Assembly: GCA_007126035.1 (NCBI GenBank)
Contig: SLCC01000022.1
Coordinates: 19,777 to 83,776 of the forward strand
Direction: 5' to 3'
Source: Gemmatimonadota bacterium
Lineage (GTDB): Bacteria > Gemmatimonadota > Gemmatimonadetes > Longimicrobiales > RSA9
DNA length: 64,000 nt
Part shown: in pieces, positions 47,304 through 56,394 of the stretch
How positions within the stretch are numbered: position 1 is the first letter of the stretch
How the letters are laid out: each line of letters starts with the position of its first letter
Notes under the pieces: generated by a model
The model's input: only the letters and a program-made list of their open reading frames with translations
Database searches by the model: none
What the model was told of the DNA's origin: nothing
Made by a program: the position numbers and the translations under genes

Positions 47304-49023
47304 AGCCGTCGCGAACCCGGAGCCCCAGCTCGTGCAGTCCAGGTCCCAGGTCCGGGAGGGTGAGGGTGACGAACAAGCCGTGGGTTTCTTCCGCCCCTGG
47401 CTCTCGCCACGACACGCGGACGGGAGGCCGAGCCTCCGCCAGGCCTATCCGCTCGCCCAACCACCGGGCGGCTCGTCGGAGCAGTCCGGTGCCGTCGGCG
47501 TACTCGATCCACCACTGCACGTCCAAGGTGGACGCGCCGGTCTCAGGCACGGCCAGACCGGACACCTCCGCGTAGACCGCCAGGTCATCATTGGGCCGAA
47601 ATATCAGCCGCGGGATTCCCGCGATATCGGGATCGTACCGCGACTCGGGCACTTCATTCGACTCCGGCCATGCCACCAGGAGGTCAGAGACGGTGAGGCC
47701 GTTCGCGACGGGGATGTCGACCCTGTACTGAGCCAGGCCTCCGAGCTGCGTCGAATCGTCCCGTACCTCCATGCGGTACAGGTATGTTCCGGGCGGTGCC
47801 GAGTAGCTGGCGGTCAGTATGGTCAGTGAATCCTGGGCAGATGCGGTCCGGACGGGCGCACGCCCGATCTCGTTCCCCAGCGTGTCCAGGATGACCAGGA
47901 GCCCTCGCGGGTGGACCGGCACCCTGGGGTCTACGGTGTCGGGAAGGAGGAGGGCGTCAATGCGGATCTCTCCACCACCAGTACCCGGGAAGACGGTGGC
48001 CGCGGTAACCAGTCCCCTGGTGCGTCTGAGGCCCAGGGGCGCGTAATGTGAGCGGGCGGTGTCCCTCTCGATCTCCGGTCGCACACCGGGCGGGGGCGTG
48101 TGGGGCAGGCCCTCAGTCAGCAGGTCGCCGGCGGCGAGGGCGATCCTGCGAGGGTCGAACCATTCCACCAGCGACATGTCGGGCGTGATGGACGCGGACG
48201 AGAAGATCTGACGCTGGCGACCTGTGGCCAGCCCGTACCGAATCAGGATCTCGTGGTCGTCACGCCCCCAGCGAAGACGGCCCTGGACCCTGGGTGCCAT
48301 AGCCAGGATGCGGCTCCAGGCGTGGCGGGCGTAGTGGGCTGATCGACGCTCGTTGCCGGCGTCCATGAGCCAGGCATCGGCCAGAGCCCAGAACCGGGCT
48401 TCGTAGGCCTCTTTCTCGTGATCGGTCAGGGATCGGTAGTGGGAACGTTCGGAGCGATCGAGCAAAACCTCCACGTCGTCAAGGCGGCGCCGCTCCTCCG
48501 CGGTGGCCAGAGCACGGGCGCTGTCGAACGCAGCCTCGGCTGCCTGGAAGTCACGGTCGTAGTGAAGGGCCAGGCCCAGGAACAAGAGGCTCTCCGGGTC
48601 GGCGCCGCCGGCCCATACGTGGGCGCGGGCCGCCGCCACGGCCTCGCTGGCTCTTTCCGCCTCGACAAGGTAGCGGAGCAGGGGGGCCACTGCCCGCTCG
48701 TTGTCCGGTGCCAGAGCATACCAGCGGCGGAACGCGTGAATAGCCGAGCCCCGTGCCGCTGCCACCTCGGGCGGCTCCGGCTCTATAGGCCGCCTGGGTG
48801 TCCCGGGCCGGCTGTACCAGAAGCAGTACCGACCGATCCGCTCGTCGCACCGGTCGCCCAGCCGGCCGCCGAATCGCTGGGACGCCGTCTGGATGATGGC
48901 GTTCTCGTACCGGCGGGCGGCGCTCCGTGCTTCCCGCTCCGCAAGACGGAGGCTGTCTTCCCCGGAGCCCGGGGGCGTCATGCCGGCGAGCATTGCTGCG
49001 AGTACTACTTCCAGCACGGGCAC
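47221..49023 (-). CDS. Large secreted hypothetical protein, possibly GWxTD-domain family
   Basis: It is a 600-aa ORF with coding-like composition. A TPR-like helical N-terminal half is followed by a beta-rich C-terminal half. The segment RLRWGRDDHEILIRYGLATG loosely resembles the GWxTD motif region. The family call is weak. Confidence 0.5.
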   Translation of the reverse strand: MPVLEVVLAAMLAGMTPPGSGEDSLRLAEREARSAARRYENAIIQTASQRFGGRLGDRCDERIGRYCFWYSRPGTPRRPIEPEPPEVAAARGSAIHAFRRWYALAPDNERAVAPLLRYLVEAERASEAVAAARAHVWAGGADPESLLFLGLALHYDRDFQAAEAAFDSARALATAEERRRLDDVEVLLDRSERSHYRSLTDHEKEAYEARFWALADAWLMDAGNERRSAHYARHAWSRILAMAPRVQGRLRWGRDDHEILIRYGLATGRQRQIFSSASITPDMSLVEWFDPRRIALAAGDLLTEGLPHTPPPGVRPEIERDTARSHYAPLGLRRTRGLVTAATVFPGTGGGEIRIDALLLPDTVDPRVPVHPRGLLVILDTLGNEIGRAPVRTASAQDSLTILTASYSAPPGTYLYRMEVRDDSTQLGGLAQYRVDIPVANGLTVSDLLVAWPESNEVPESRYDPDIAGIPRLIFRPNDDLAVYAEVSGLAVPETGASTLDVQWWIEYADGTGLLRRAARWLGERIGLAEARPPVRVSWREPGAEETHGLFVTLTLPDLGPGLHELGLRVRDGFTGAEATSSRLILVDPQAPPLPRPAGM

Positions 49024-49099
49024 ACTCCGGATGGAATGAGGATTGCCTCGGTAGCCGTCTGCTCACGCAAGTACTACCTGAAAGAGGACATCAGGGGCC

Positions 49100-50050
49100 T
49101 TGACGCGCAAGACCGGATCGGCCGTGCTGGATCAGCTCCGCGATCGGATTCTGGTGGGCCTGTACTTCGGGTGCTGGTACCCGGGTGACCGACTGCCCAG
49201 CGTGCGAGACGTGGCGCGGATGGAGGCGGTGGATCGGAAGACGGCAGCGGCCGCCTACCGGGTCCTTCAGCGGGAGGGCCTGGTCCGCGTCGAGCCTCGC
49301 TCCGGCGTCTACCTGGGTGATGGGTCCACCCCGGCTGCAGGCGATCCCCTGCGTCGCCTGCATGCCCGTTGGCTGGACAACGCCCTGGCCACCAGCGCCG
49401 AGCTGGGGCTGGATGCTGATCACATCGCAAGGTTGTTCAGAGCGGTTTCGGCAGTGGAGAAACGGCGCATCGCAGTGATGGACCAGGACATTGCCCACGC
49501 GTCCCATCTGGTTGACGAGCTGCGGGCGCGGTCCGGGCTCGAGTATATGGCCTGCGGCCTGGACGACATTCCTGCCACCGCCGGTCCTCTTCGTGAGACG
49601 CCCCTGGCCGTTGCCACGCCCCACGCCGCGGTACACCTCAGAGGACGCGGTGCCCGGATCCCCGTCGTCCAGGCGACTCTCTCGTCGGAGCTCCTGACCC
49701 GCCTGGAAAACTGGGCTGGGGGAGGCCCCGTCGTGGTGCTGGTGGGTACGTCGGGCCTGCGCCGTGAACTTCAGAGGGCGCTGGACCACGGCCTCATAGA
49801 GAACGGCCACAACGTGCGTGTGCTGGCACAGGGCAACGGGGTCGATGGCGCAGACTACCGTCTCGAGCTGCAGGGCAGGCGAGTGCTGCTGTGGCCGGGT
49901 GCGATACGGGCCGGCCTCGAGGACCAGGGGGCCGAGCTGGTGGAGGACACGCACCGGTCCCGGCTCCTGTCGTCCGCCACCATAGACGGAATCAGGCGGG
50001 AAATCGCGCTCCTGGCCCTGGTGCAGGTCACCAGGTCCAGCGTCGCTTGA
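49100..50050 (+). CDS. GntR-family transcriptional regulator with uncharacterised C-terminal domain
   Basis: It has an N-terminal winged HTH (GDRLPSVRDVARMEAVDRKTAAAAYRVLQREGLVRVEPRSGVYL) and a ~230-aa C-terminal alpha/beta-looking domain. It uses a TTG start. Confidence 0.7.
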   Translation: MTRKTGSAVLDQLRDRILVGLYFGCWYPGDRLPSVRDVARMEAVDRKTAAAAYRVLQREGLVRVEPRSGVYLGDGSTPAAGDPLRRLHARWLDNALATSAELGLDADHIARLFRAVSAVEKRRIAVMDQDIAHASHLVDELRARSGLEYMACGLDDIPATAGPLRETPLAVATPHAAVHLRGRGARIPVVQATLSSELLTRLENWAGGGPVVVLVGTSGLRRELQRALDHGLIENGHNVRVLAQGNGVDGADYRLELQGRRVLLWPGAIRAGLEDQGAELVEDTHRSRLLSSATIDGIRREIALLALVQVTRSSVA

Positions 50051-50063
50051 TGGTCCCATCAGC

Positions 50064-52088
50064 GTGACCAGGACCAGGTGGACGAGCAGCCTCGTTCCCC
50101 GGGCCAGTTCTCACGCTCCCATAGATGGCATCGATTTTGCCCCACCAGCCCATAGCATGCACCTAGTTCTCCACAGCTCTGAGCCCGGGAGACTCGTGAA
50201 TCCGGTGGCGCCAGCACCTCCGCTCCGAACCCTCGTCACCACCCTCGCCCTGACCATCACTGCCGGCAGCGCCGCCGCCTGCGACCGGGAAGAACCTCCA
50301 GACCCCATGGCGGCGGACACGGCACGTGTCCAGATTCCCGCTCCCGCGTTCCCCAGCGTCTCCGACCAGCTGCTGACAGCAGGCGCTGGCGCGAACTGGC
50401 CGGCACCCGGCGGCAACCTGGAGAACCACAGCTTCTCACCCCTGGATCAGGTCCACACGGGTAATGTGGGCGAGCTCGTGCCGGTGTGGGTCTACTCGAC
50501 CGGCGTGGAGGGGGCGCTGGAGACGAGTCCTGTGGTGGTGGGTAATACGTTGTACGCCACGACGGCGGGTGGTCGGGTGCTGGCGCTGAACGCCGCGACT
50601 GGCGAAGAGCTCTGGACGTACGTCCCGGAGCCAGAGACCGTGACCCTCTGCTGCGGCCCGATAAACCGAGGGGTATCAGTTTGGGGGACCAAGGTTTATG
50701 TCGCCACGCTCGACGCCCGACTGGTAGCCCTGGATGCTCGAACGGGCGAGTCCGTCTGGGAGGCCGACCTCGCCGATCCGGAAGCGGGTTACAGCTCGAT
50801 CATGGCGCCGCTGTCGGTTGACGGCCGCGTGTTCCTGGGTGTGTCAGGAGAGCGTTACGGCATTCGTGGGTTCGTGGCGGCATTCGATGCGGAATCGGGC
50901 GAGGAGCTCTGGCGGTGGCATACGATACCTTCGCCTGAGGATGAGGACTGGACCGGCTCTTGGGTGTTGACGGACCCCTTCGGCACGGAACTGAACCGGA
51001 ACATCGAAGAGGAGCAGGAGCTGGCGGAGCGTCTTACGGAGCGTTGGCGTACCGGTGGAGGCGGGGTAGCCACGACCCCTGCATACGACCGTGCCACGGG
51101 TCGTCTGTACGTGAACACAGAGGGCCCGGCTCCGCTGGTGGACGGCCTCGCCCGACCGGGAGACAACCTGTACTCCGGATCGCTGGTGGCACTGGACGCC
51201 GAGACGGGGGAACTGGACTGGCACACGCAATACCTGCCTCAAGACGTATGGGGCCTCTCCGGCGGCAGCCCGCCCTTCCTGTTCGACAGGGGAGGGGACC
51301 GATTCGTGGCGTTCGCGGGGCGGACGGGCTGGGTCTATGTGTTCCGGGCTTCGGACGGCCAGCCCGTTCTCAGGTCGGACAACTTCGTGCCGCAGGAAGG
51401 CATGTTCGCACGCCCAACGCCGGGTGAGGCTGTCAGGGTGGCGCCGGGGCTCAACGGCGGGAATGCGGGCTCGCCGGTAGCCTACGACGCACGTACCGGA
51501 ATGGTCTTCATCGGCGGCGTACATCAGCCCATGGTCTACTCCGTGGAGTCGCAGCGGTACGAGCGGGGACGCCTCTGGCTTGGCGGCTCGGTGTTGTTCC
51601 CGCCGGATGAGGACCAGTGGGGGACCGTCACCGCCATAGACCTGGCGGATGGCACTATCGCGTGGCAGCGCCGCACGCCGGCACCGGTGCACTCCGGGGC
51701 CCTGACCACCGCCGGGAACCTGGTCCTGGTGGGGCAGGGGACCGGTACGGTGGATGCCCTCCACGCAACCACTGGGCAACTCCTCTGGCAGTTCAACACC
51801 GGTGCAGGTGTCCACGGGAGCCCCGTTACGTACAGCGTAGGCGGGACCCAGTACATCGTAGTGGCCGCTGGTGGAAGTCACCACTTCGCCACGTCACCAG
51901 GCGACGACATCTATGCGTTCGCCCTGGCTTCGGTCCGGCCACGCAAGACGGTGGATGACTATCCCACGACCCAATACCAGCGCTATGGACCCGAGGCCCC
52001 GATCCCCGCAGAACAGCGACCCCAGGGCCCGCAAAGGCGTGACACCATCCCCGACACCCAGGCCGCCCCCGGTACCGGGGGGCGTTGA
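50064..52088 (+). CDS. PQQ-dependent (quinoprotein) dehydrogenase, alcohol/methanol dehydrogenase type
   Basis: It has eight-bladed propeller W-motifs (e.g. TSPVVVGNTLYATTAGGRVLALNAATGEELW). It has the vicinal cysteine pair VTLCCGPINRG, characteristic of type I quinoprotein ADH/MDH. The more likely start is ATG 50157, which precedes a lipoprotein-like signal (TLALTITAGSAAAC). Confidence 0.8.
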   Translation: MTRTRWTSSLVPRASSHAPIDGIDFAPPAHSMHLVLHSSEPGRLVNPVAPAPPLRTLVTTLALTITAGSAAACDREEPPDPMAADTARVQIPAPAFPSVSDQLLTAGAGANWPAPGGNLENHSFSPLDQVHTGNVGELVPVWVYSTGVEGALETSPVVVGNTLYATTAGGRVLALNAATGEELWTYVPEPETVTLCCGPINRGVSVWGTKVYVATLDARLVALDARTGESVWEADLADPEAGYSSIMAPLSVDGRVFLGVSGERYGIRGFVAAFDAESGEELWRWHTIPSPEDEDWTGSWVLTDPFGTELNRNIEEEQELAERLTERWRTGGGGVATTPAYDRATGRLYVNTEGPAPLVDGLARPGDNLYSGSLVALDAETGELDWHTQYLPQDVWGLSGGSPPFLFDRGGDRFVAFAGRTGWVYVFRASDGQPVLRSDNFVPQEGMFARPTPGEAVRVAPGLNGGNAGSPVAYDARTGMVFIGGVHQPMVYSVESQRYERGRLWLGGSVLFPPDEDQWGTVTAIDLADGTIAWQRRTPAPVHSGALTTAGNLVLVGQGTGTVDALHATTGQLLWQFNTGAGVHGSPVTYSVGGTQYIVVAAGGSHHFATSPGDDIYAFALASVRPRKTVDDYPTTQYQRYGPEAPIPAEQRPQGPQRRDTIPDTQAAPGTGGR

Positions 52089-52173
52089 CTCGACCCGCCA
52101 CGACCGGTAACTTCCGCGCCTGTTTACGGTTGCCACGCAGTCGCGTGGCCCACACCCGCGCGAGCACAAGACA

Positions 52174-52929
52174 ATGCCGAAACAACCCACGTCGCCTCGG
52201 GCTCCAAGGCACCAGCCAGAGCCCGACGATAAGTTCCTGTTCACCGTCGAACAGATCGCACTCTGGGGACGGACCCACGCACGCCTACTCGTCATCGTCG
52301 GCGTGGTGCTCCTCATCGCCGTCGCCGGGGGAGTCTGGTACGTAGACTCCCAGCGACGCCTCGAGGCGGAAGCCACGACCCGCCTCTCTGAGATTCAACA
52401 GACCGTCCTCACCGGTAACATCCCCCTGGCGATCAGGGACCTCCAGACCTACATCGGTACCTTCGGCGGAACCAGGCCCGCCAATGAAGCCAGGCTCCTC
52501 CTGGCCGACCTGCTCCTCGGTCAGCAACGGCCGGCCGAGGCCATACAGGCCCTGGGAAGGGCACCCCGTGACCTGGACGAACCGGTGGGAATAGCCGCGG
52601 CCCAGGTGCTCGCCGCCGCCTACGAAGCCCTGGAGCAGTACGACGACGCCCTCGATACCTACCGAACAATAGCCCGCAACGCTCGCTTCCAGTTCCAGCA
52701 ACGCGAGGCTCTCATGGACGCCGGCCGCCTGGCCATGGCTATCGGCCGGCCGGAAATCGCCGCCGATCTGTACGATCGCCTGGTCCAGACCTTCGAGCCC
52801 ACCGAAGCAGGACGAGGCTACTCGGAGATGCTGAGAGAAGAGGCCCGGGTCATGGCATCGGCTCCTCCCGTCGCCCCGGATACCGGCGAACCGGACCCAG
52901 TGGACGTCCCGGAGGCCCAGGAGCAGTAA
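52174..52929 (+). CDS. YfgM-like membrane-anchored TPR protein
   Basis: A short cytoplasmic N-terminus and a single TM helix (LLVIVGVVLLIAVAGGVWYV) are followed by a TPR-like helical domain and an acidic tail. Confidence 0.55.
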   Translation: MPKQPTSPRAPRHQPEPDDKFLFTVEQIALWGRTHARLLVIVGVVLLIAVAGGVWYVDSQRRLEAEATTRLSEIQQTVLTGNIPLAIRDLQTYIGTFGGTRPANEARLLLADLLLGQQRPAEAIQALGRAPRDLDEPVGIAAAQVLAAAYEALEQYDDALDTYRTIARNARFQFQQREALMDAGRLAMAIGRPEIAADLYDRLVQTFEPTEAGRGYSEMLREEARVMASAPPVAPDTGEPDPVDVPEAQEQ

Positions 52930-53008
52930 GCAGTACTCGCCGACCAGAACCACTACGCCGGTAATCCAGGAAGCGCCGCTCGACACCAACGAGAGCCGGA
53001 CGCGCAAA

Positions 53009-53052
53009 GGCAAGCGGGCCGCGGGTTGACATGAAACCGTGGCCCGTTTGCC
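53009..53052. terminator. 12-bp hairpin between convergent genes
   Basis: GGCAAGCGGGCC (53009..53020), a 20-nt loop, then GGCCCGTTTGCC (53041..53052). It has one G:U pair on the plus strand. On the minus strand the stem is followed by TTTGCGCG, which suits termination of plsC. Confidence 0.4.
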
Positions 53053-53151
53053 AACCCGCCACAGAGCCAGCCCGGCCGCCCCATATGCGCATAATACACA
53101 TTATGTAAACCTGACGACCAGCACAGGGCACCGAGCGAGGCAGGTCCGGGG

Positions 53152-53775
53152 TCACCAGGGGGCGGGCTCTGCCCCGGAGAGGCTGGTTAGGGCGCTGGTG
53201 ATGAGGCGCTGTGTTTCCGGGAGCGCCGCATCCCGCTCCCGGCGCGTGTGGAGGGCGGGAAAGCGCATGGGTTCGCCGAAGCGGAGGGTCAGGTTCCCTC
53301 TCTTGATTCGGTGGTGCCAGCGAGGCCAGATGTGGTATGCGCCGGAGATCCCGCACGGTACAACGGGCGCGCCCGCCTTGAGGATTAGGCGGAGTGTCCC
53401 GCGTCTGAGGGTCTGGAGGCGCCCGTCCCAGGTCCGCTCTCCTTCTATATATATGCCGACGCCGTGGCCCTCTGACAGTATGCGGAGGGAGAGTCTCACC
53501 GCCTGGGGGTCGATCTCGAACCGTCGCACCGGATAGGACTTGAGGGTTTTCATGACGGCGCCCGCGGTGGCGCTGTTGAACTGGGTGCTCTTCGCCATGG
53601 TGTGGATGGGTCGTGGCACGACGGCCTGGACGATGACCGGGTCGAGGTAGCTCTGGTGGTTAGCGATGAGGATGAAGGGTCCCTTCCGGGGGATGTGGTG
53701 GAGGCCTTCGACGTGAACGCGTCCGATGAGGGGCCACAGAGTGCGGGCGAGGATCTGGGCTGATCGATAGATCAT
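53152..53775 (-). CDS. 1-acyl-sn-glycerol-3-phosphate acyltransferase family (PlsC/LPLAT) protein
   Basis: It has the HX4D motif (IANHQSYLDP) and later FIEGERT- and P-V-type blocks (IYIEGERTWDG, VVPCGISG). It is 207 aa. Confidence 0.8.
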   Translation of the reverse strand: MIYRSAQILARTLWPLIGRVHVEGLHHIPRKGPFILIANHQSYLDPVIVQAVVPRPIHTMAKSTQFNSATAGAVMKTLKSYPVRRFEIDPQAVRLSLRILSEGHGVGIYIEGERTWDGRLQTLRRGTLRLILKAGAPVVPCGISGAYHIWPRWHHRIKRGNLTLRFGEPMRFPALHTRRERDAALPETQRLITSALTSLSGAEPAPW

Positions 53776-54383
53776 CGATCTGTCGTGACGCGAGGTTGGA
53801 ATTCGACTATCTCCCCTCTACCGGTCCGTCGATAGAAGTCCCGGAGCGCGGCGTGCAGGAGGAGTTCCCAGAGGAAGATAGAGTCGTCGAGGAACCTGAA
53901 GGATACCAGCGGTTGCCCCCTGCCCTTGATCTGGAGGGTGTTGGAGCTGCCCTGGACGGCCGTGATGTCTTCGAAGGCCCAGGTCCTGGCGGTCCCCCCT
54001 GCGTCCAGGGTTTCGTATATGGCCGAGTCCCTAGTCAGGCTCAACGATCCCTTTACGGCTGGGCCGTACCTTTCGATCCGGTTCAGGAAGCGGCCGCCGC
54101 CGCGGACATTGGCAGACCCGACGACCTCCTGAGCCAGGACGTGGGCGCGCCGGAACGGTTCTCCCTCTGCCGCTGCCCGCTCCAGCAGCTCTTCTGGAGC
54201 AGGCAGCCGGTCCATCCATTCGGCGGCAGTCCGCTCCACGACGGCACCGTCAGGATACCTGGCATCGATGTGCCCGCCCCGCCCCCGGCTGAACACCACG
54301 CCGCAGGTGCATGAACCTTCCGGGCCTATCGCCCCTACCTCGCCGCAGTCGGGGCACGCCCAGAGAAGGTCGGACAGCGCCAT
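53772..54383 (-). CDS. Hypothetical protein with an N-terminal zinc ribbon and an uncharacterised C-terminal domain
   Basis: Starting at ATG 54383 gives MALSDLLWACPDCGEVGAIGPEGSCTCG (CxxC...CxC). The C-terminal ~90 aa are beta-rich. It has an ATGA overlap with plsC and starts 1 nt after the GT2 stop. Confidence 0.5.
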   Translation of the reverse strand: MALSDLLWACPDCGEVGAIGPEGSCTCGVVFSRGRGGHIDARYPDGAVVERTAAEWMDRLPAPEELLERAAAEGEPFRRAHVLAQEVVGSANVRGGGRFLNRIERYGPAVKGSLSLTRDSAIYETLDAGGTARTWAFEDITAVQGSSNTLQIKGRGQPLVSFRFLDDSIFLWELLLHAALRDFYRRTGRGEIVEFQPRVTTDR

Positions 54384-54384
54384 C

Positions 54385-55146
54385 TCAGAGCCTGCCGAAG
54401 AGGTCCCGGATCCGTAGGGCCCAGACCCGCCACACCGCCTCCCAGATGACCCGCTTCGACATCTTCGATTCTCCCACGTCCCTGTCTGCAAACACTATAG
54501 GGATCTCGCCCAGGGCGAACCCGGCCCGCCAGGCCCGTAGGTTCATCTCTATCTGGAAGGCGTAGCCTTCGGACCCGACGCGCTCGAGGTCGATGGCCTC
54601 GAGGACCTCGCGTTTAAAACATTTGTAGCCGCCGGTGGCGTCCGTGACGGGGAGGCCGGTTACCAGGCGGGCGTATATGTTGGCGGCGTAAGACAGCAGG
54701 AGGCGCGGGATCGGCCAGTTGACCACGGTGACGCGGCCGTGGAGGTATCTGGATCCCAGCACCACGTCGAACTCCCGCAGCGCCTCGAGGAAGAGGGGGA
54801 TGTGAGCGGGGTCGTGAGAGAAGTCGGCATCCATCTCGAAGACGGCGTCGTAATCCCGTTGCAGCGCCCAGCGGAATCCGGCCACGTAGGCGGTACCGAG
54901 CCCGAGCTTGCCCTCCCTGTGCATGACGTGGAGGCGGTGCTCGCTAACGGCCATGTCGTCGGCGACCCTGCCGGTGCCGTCCGGGGAGGCGTCATCGATC
55001 ACCAGCACATCGAGTCGCGGGTCCTGTTGCAGGATGAGGGGCACGAGGCGCGGCAGGTTGTCGCGCTCGTTGTACGTGGGGACGACGACGAGAGCCCTCT
55101 TCAGCTTCGCTTGCATAGGGTCTTGAGTTGGTTCATCCCGCTGCAT
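54385..55146 (-). CDS. Polyprenol-phosphate mannose synthase-like GT2 (Dpm1/Ppm1 type, soluble)
   Basis: It carries VVVPTYNERDNLPRL, VLVIDDASPDGTG, GKLGLGTAY and FEMDADFSHDP motifs. It is 253 aa with no C-terminal TM helices. Confidence 0.8.
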   Translation of the reverse strand: MQRDEPTQDPMQAKLKRALVVVPTYNERDNLPRLVPLILQQDPRLDVLVIDDASPDGTGRVADDMAVSEHRLHVMHREGKLGLGTAYVAGFRWALQRDYDAVFEMDADFSHDPAHIPLFLEALREFDVVLGSRYLHGRVTVVNWPIPRLLLSYAANIYARLVTGLPVTDATGGYKCFKREVLEAIDLERVGSEGYAFQIEMNLRAWRAGFALGEIPIVFADRDVGESKMSKRVIWEAVWRVWALRIRDLFGRL

Positions 55147-55191
55147 AGGTTGCGGCGGTCGGAAGTTACCGTCTTCTCCAGCCTGCTACAA

Positions 55192-56394
55192 GTGAAGGTT
55201 CTCTACATCGTCACGGCGTACGACCGTCGACCAGGTGACGGCATAACGCCGTGGCTGGTGGAGACGATCCATCGCCTCGGCGGGCTGGGCGTCGAGGTCG
55301 AGGTACTGGCGCCATCGTATTGCGGCCTTGGCAGCGCCGTTGTCGAGGGAGTGCAGGTGCATCGGTTCCGGTACGCGCCCCGACGAGTGGAGGATCTCAC
55401 CCATGATCAGACGGCACCTGACCGGGTCCGGGAGCGGCCGTCGTACCTGGGGCTGTTGCCCGGTTACGCCCTGGCTGGCTCCGTGGCTGCGGCCCGGGTC
55501 ACCCGACGGGGCGGCTTCGATGTTGTCCATGTCCACTGGCCCCTGCCCCAGGCCCTCCTGGGGTGGTCGGCCCGGCGTGCAGCTGGTATCCCGCTGGTCT
55601 GCTCCTTCTACGGGGTGGAGCTGACCTTTGCCCGTCACAGCCGCGTGCCGTTTCTGCTGCCGTTCCTGCGTCGTGCCATCCGCACCGCGGACGCCGTGAC
55701 GGCGATTTCTACCTACACGGCGGATCTGGTTCGCGGCGTTCATGATAGGTCGGTGGAGCTGATACCCTTCGGCGCCACCGTGCCGATCCCGGAGCGGCTG
55801 CCCTCCCCTGCCCCGTCGCCGCCATTCCGGCTGCTGTTCGTGGGCCGGCTGGTGGAGCGGAAGGGTGTTCGCCATCTCCTTGATGCAGTTGCGGCTGCCC
55901 GTGCGTCGGGCGCGGACGTCGTTCTGGACGTGGTGGGAGAGGGTCCGAGTCGCGGGGCGCTCGAGCAACACGCAGAGAGAGTCGGGCTCGGTGCGGCTGC
56001 CCGTTTCCATGGCTTTGTCCCTGACGACCAACTGATCCGCCACTACGAGGATTGCCACACCTTCGTTCTTCCTGCGGTATTCGACGAGAAGGGGGACGTG
56101 GAGGGCCTTGGAGTGGTGATCATAGAGGCGCTGGCGTACGGCCGCGGTGTGATAGCCAGTGCGGCCGGTGGGATAACCGACATCGTGCGACATGACGAGA
56201 CGGGGCTCCTGGTGCCACCGGGAGATGTGGCTGCTCTCACCCGGGCGATCCTGGCTCTGGCCCGGGACCCGGAGAGGGTGAACCGGCTGGGCGGGACGGG
56301 ACGGGTCTATGTGCAGGAGCGTTTCTCCTGGGACGCGGTCACCGGCAGGCTCACCGACCTCTACGCCCGGCTCACGGGCCGTGGCGTCAGATGA
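55192..56394 (+). CDS. GT4-family glycosyltransferase
   Basis: It has a GT-B fold with the C-terminal EX7E region (EGLGVVIIEALAYGRGVIASAAGGITDIV). It starts at GTG 55192 (VKVLYIVTAY...). The track ORF 54739 is an extension antisense to the GT2 gene. Confidence 0.8.
   Translation: MKVLYIVTAYDRRPGDGITPWLVETIHRLGGLGVEVEVLAPSYCGLGSAVVEGVQVHRFRYAPRRVEDLTHDQTAPDRVRERPSYLGLLPGYALAGSVAAARVTRRGGFDVVHVHWPLPQALLGWSARRAAGIPLVCSFYGVELTFARHSRVPFLLPFLRRAIRTADAVTAISTYTADLVRGVHDRSVELIPFGATVPIPERLPSPAPSPPFRLLFVGRLVERKGVRHLLDAVAAARASGADVVLDVVGEGPSRGALEQHAERVGLGAAARFHGFVPDDQLIRHYEDCHTFVLPAVFDEKGDVEGLGVVIIEALAYGRGVIASAAGGITDIVRHDETGLLVPPGDVAALTRAILALARDPERVNRLGGTGRVYVQERFSWDAVTGRLTDLYARLTGRGVR

Noticed and set aside
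47101-47829. 242-aa plus-strand ORF downstream of the beta-barrel gene
   Set aside because: It is antisense to the 600-aa secreted protein gene and has Arg/Pro-rich composition with no signal peptide or motifs.
54739-55191. Upstream 151 codons of track ORF 54739..56394
   Set aside because: They are antisense to the Dpm1-like GT2 gene. The GT4 homology begins at VKVLYIVTAY (GTG 55192).
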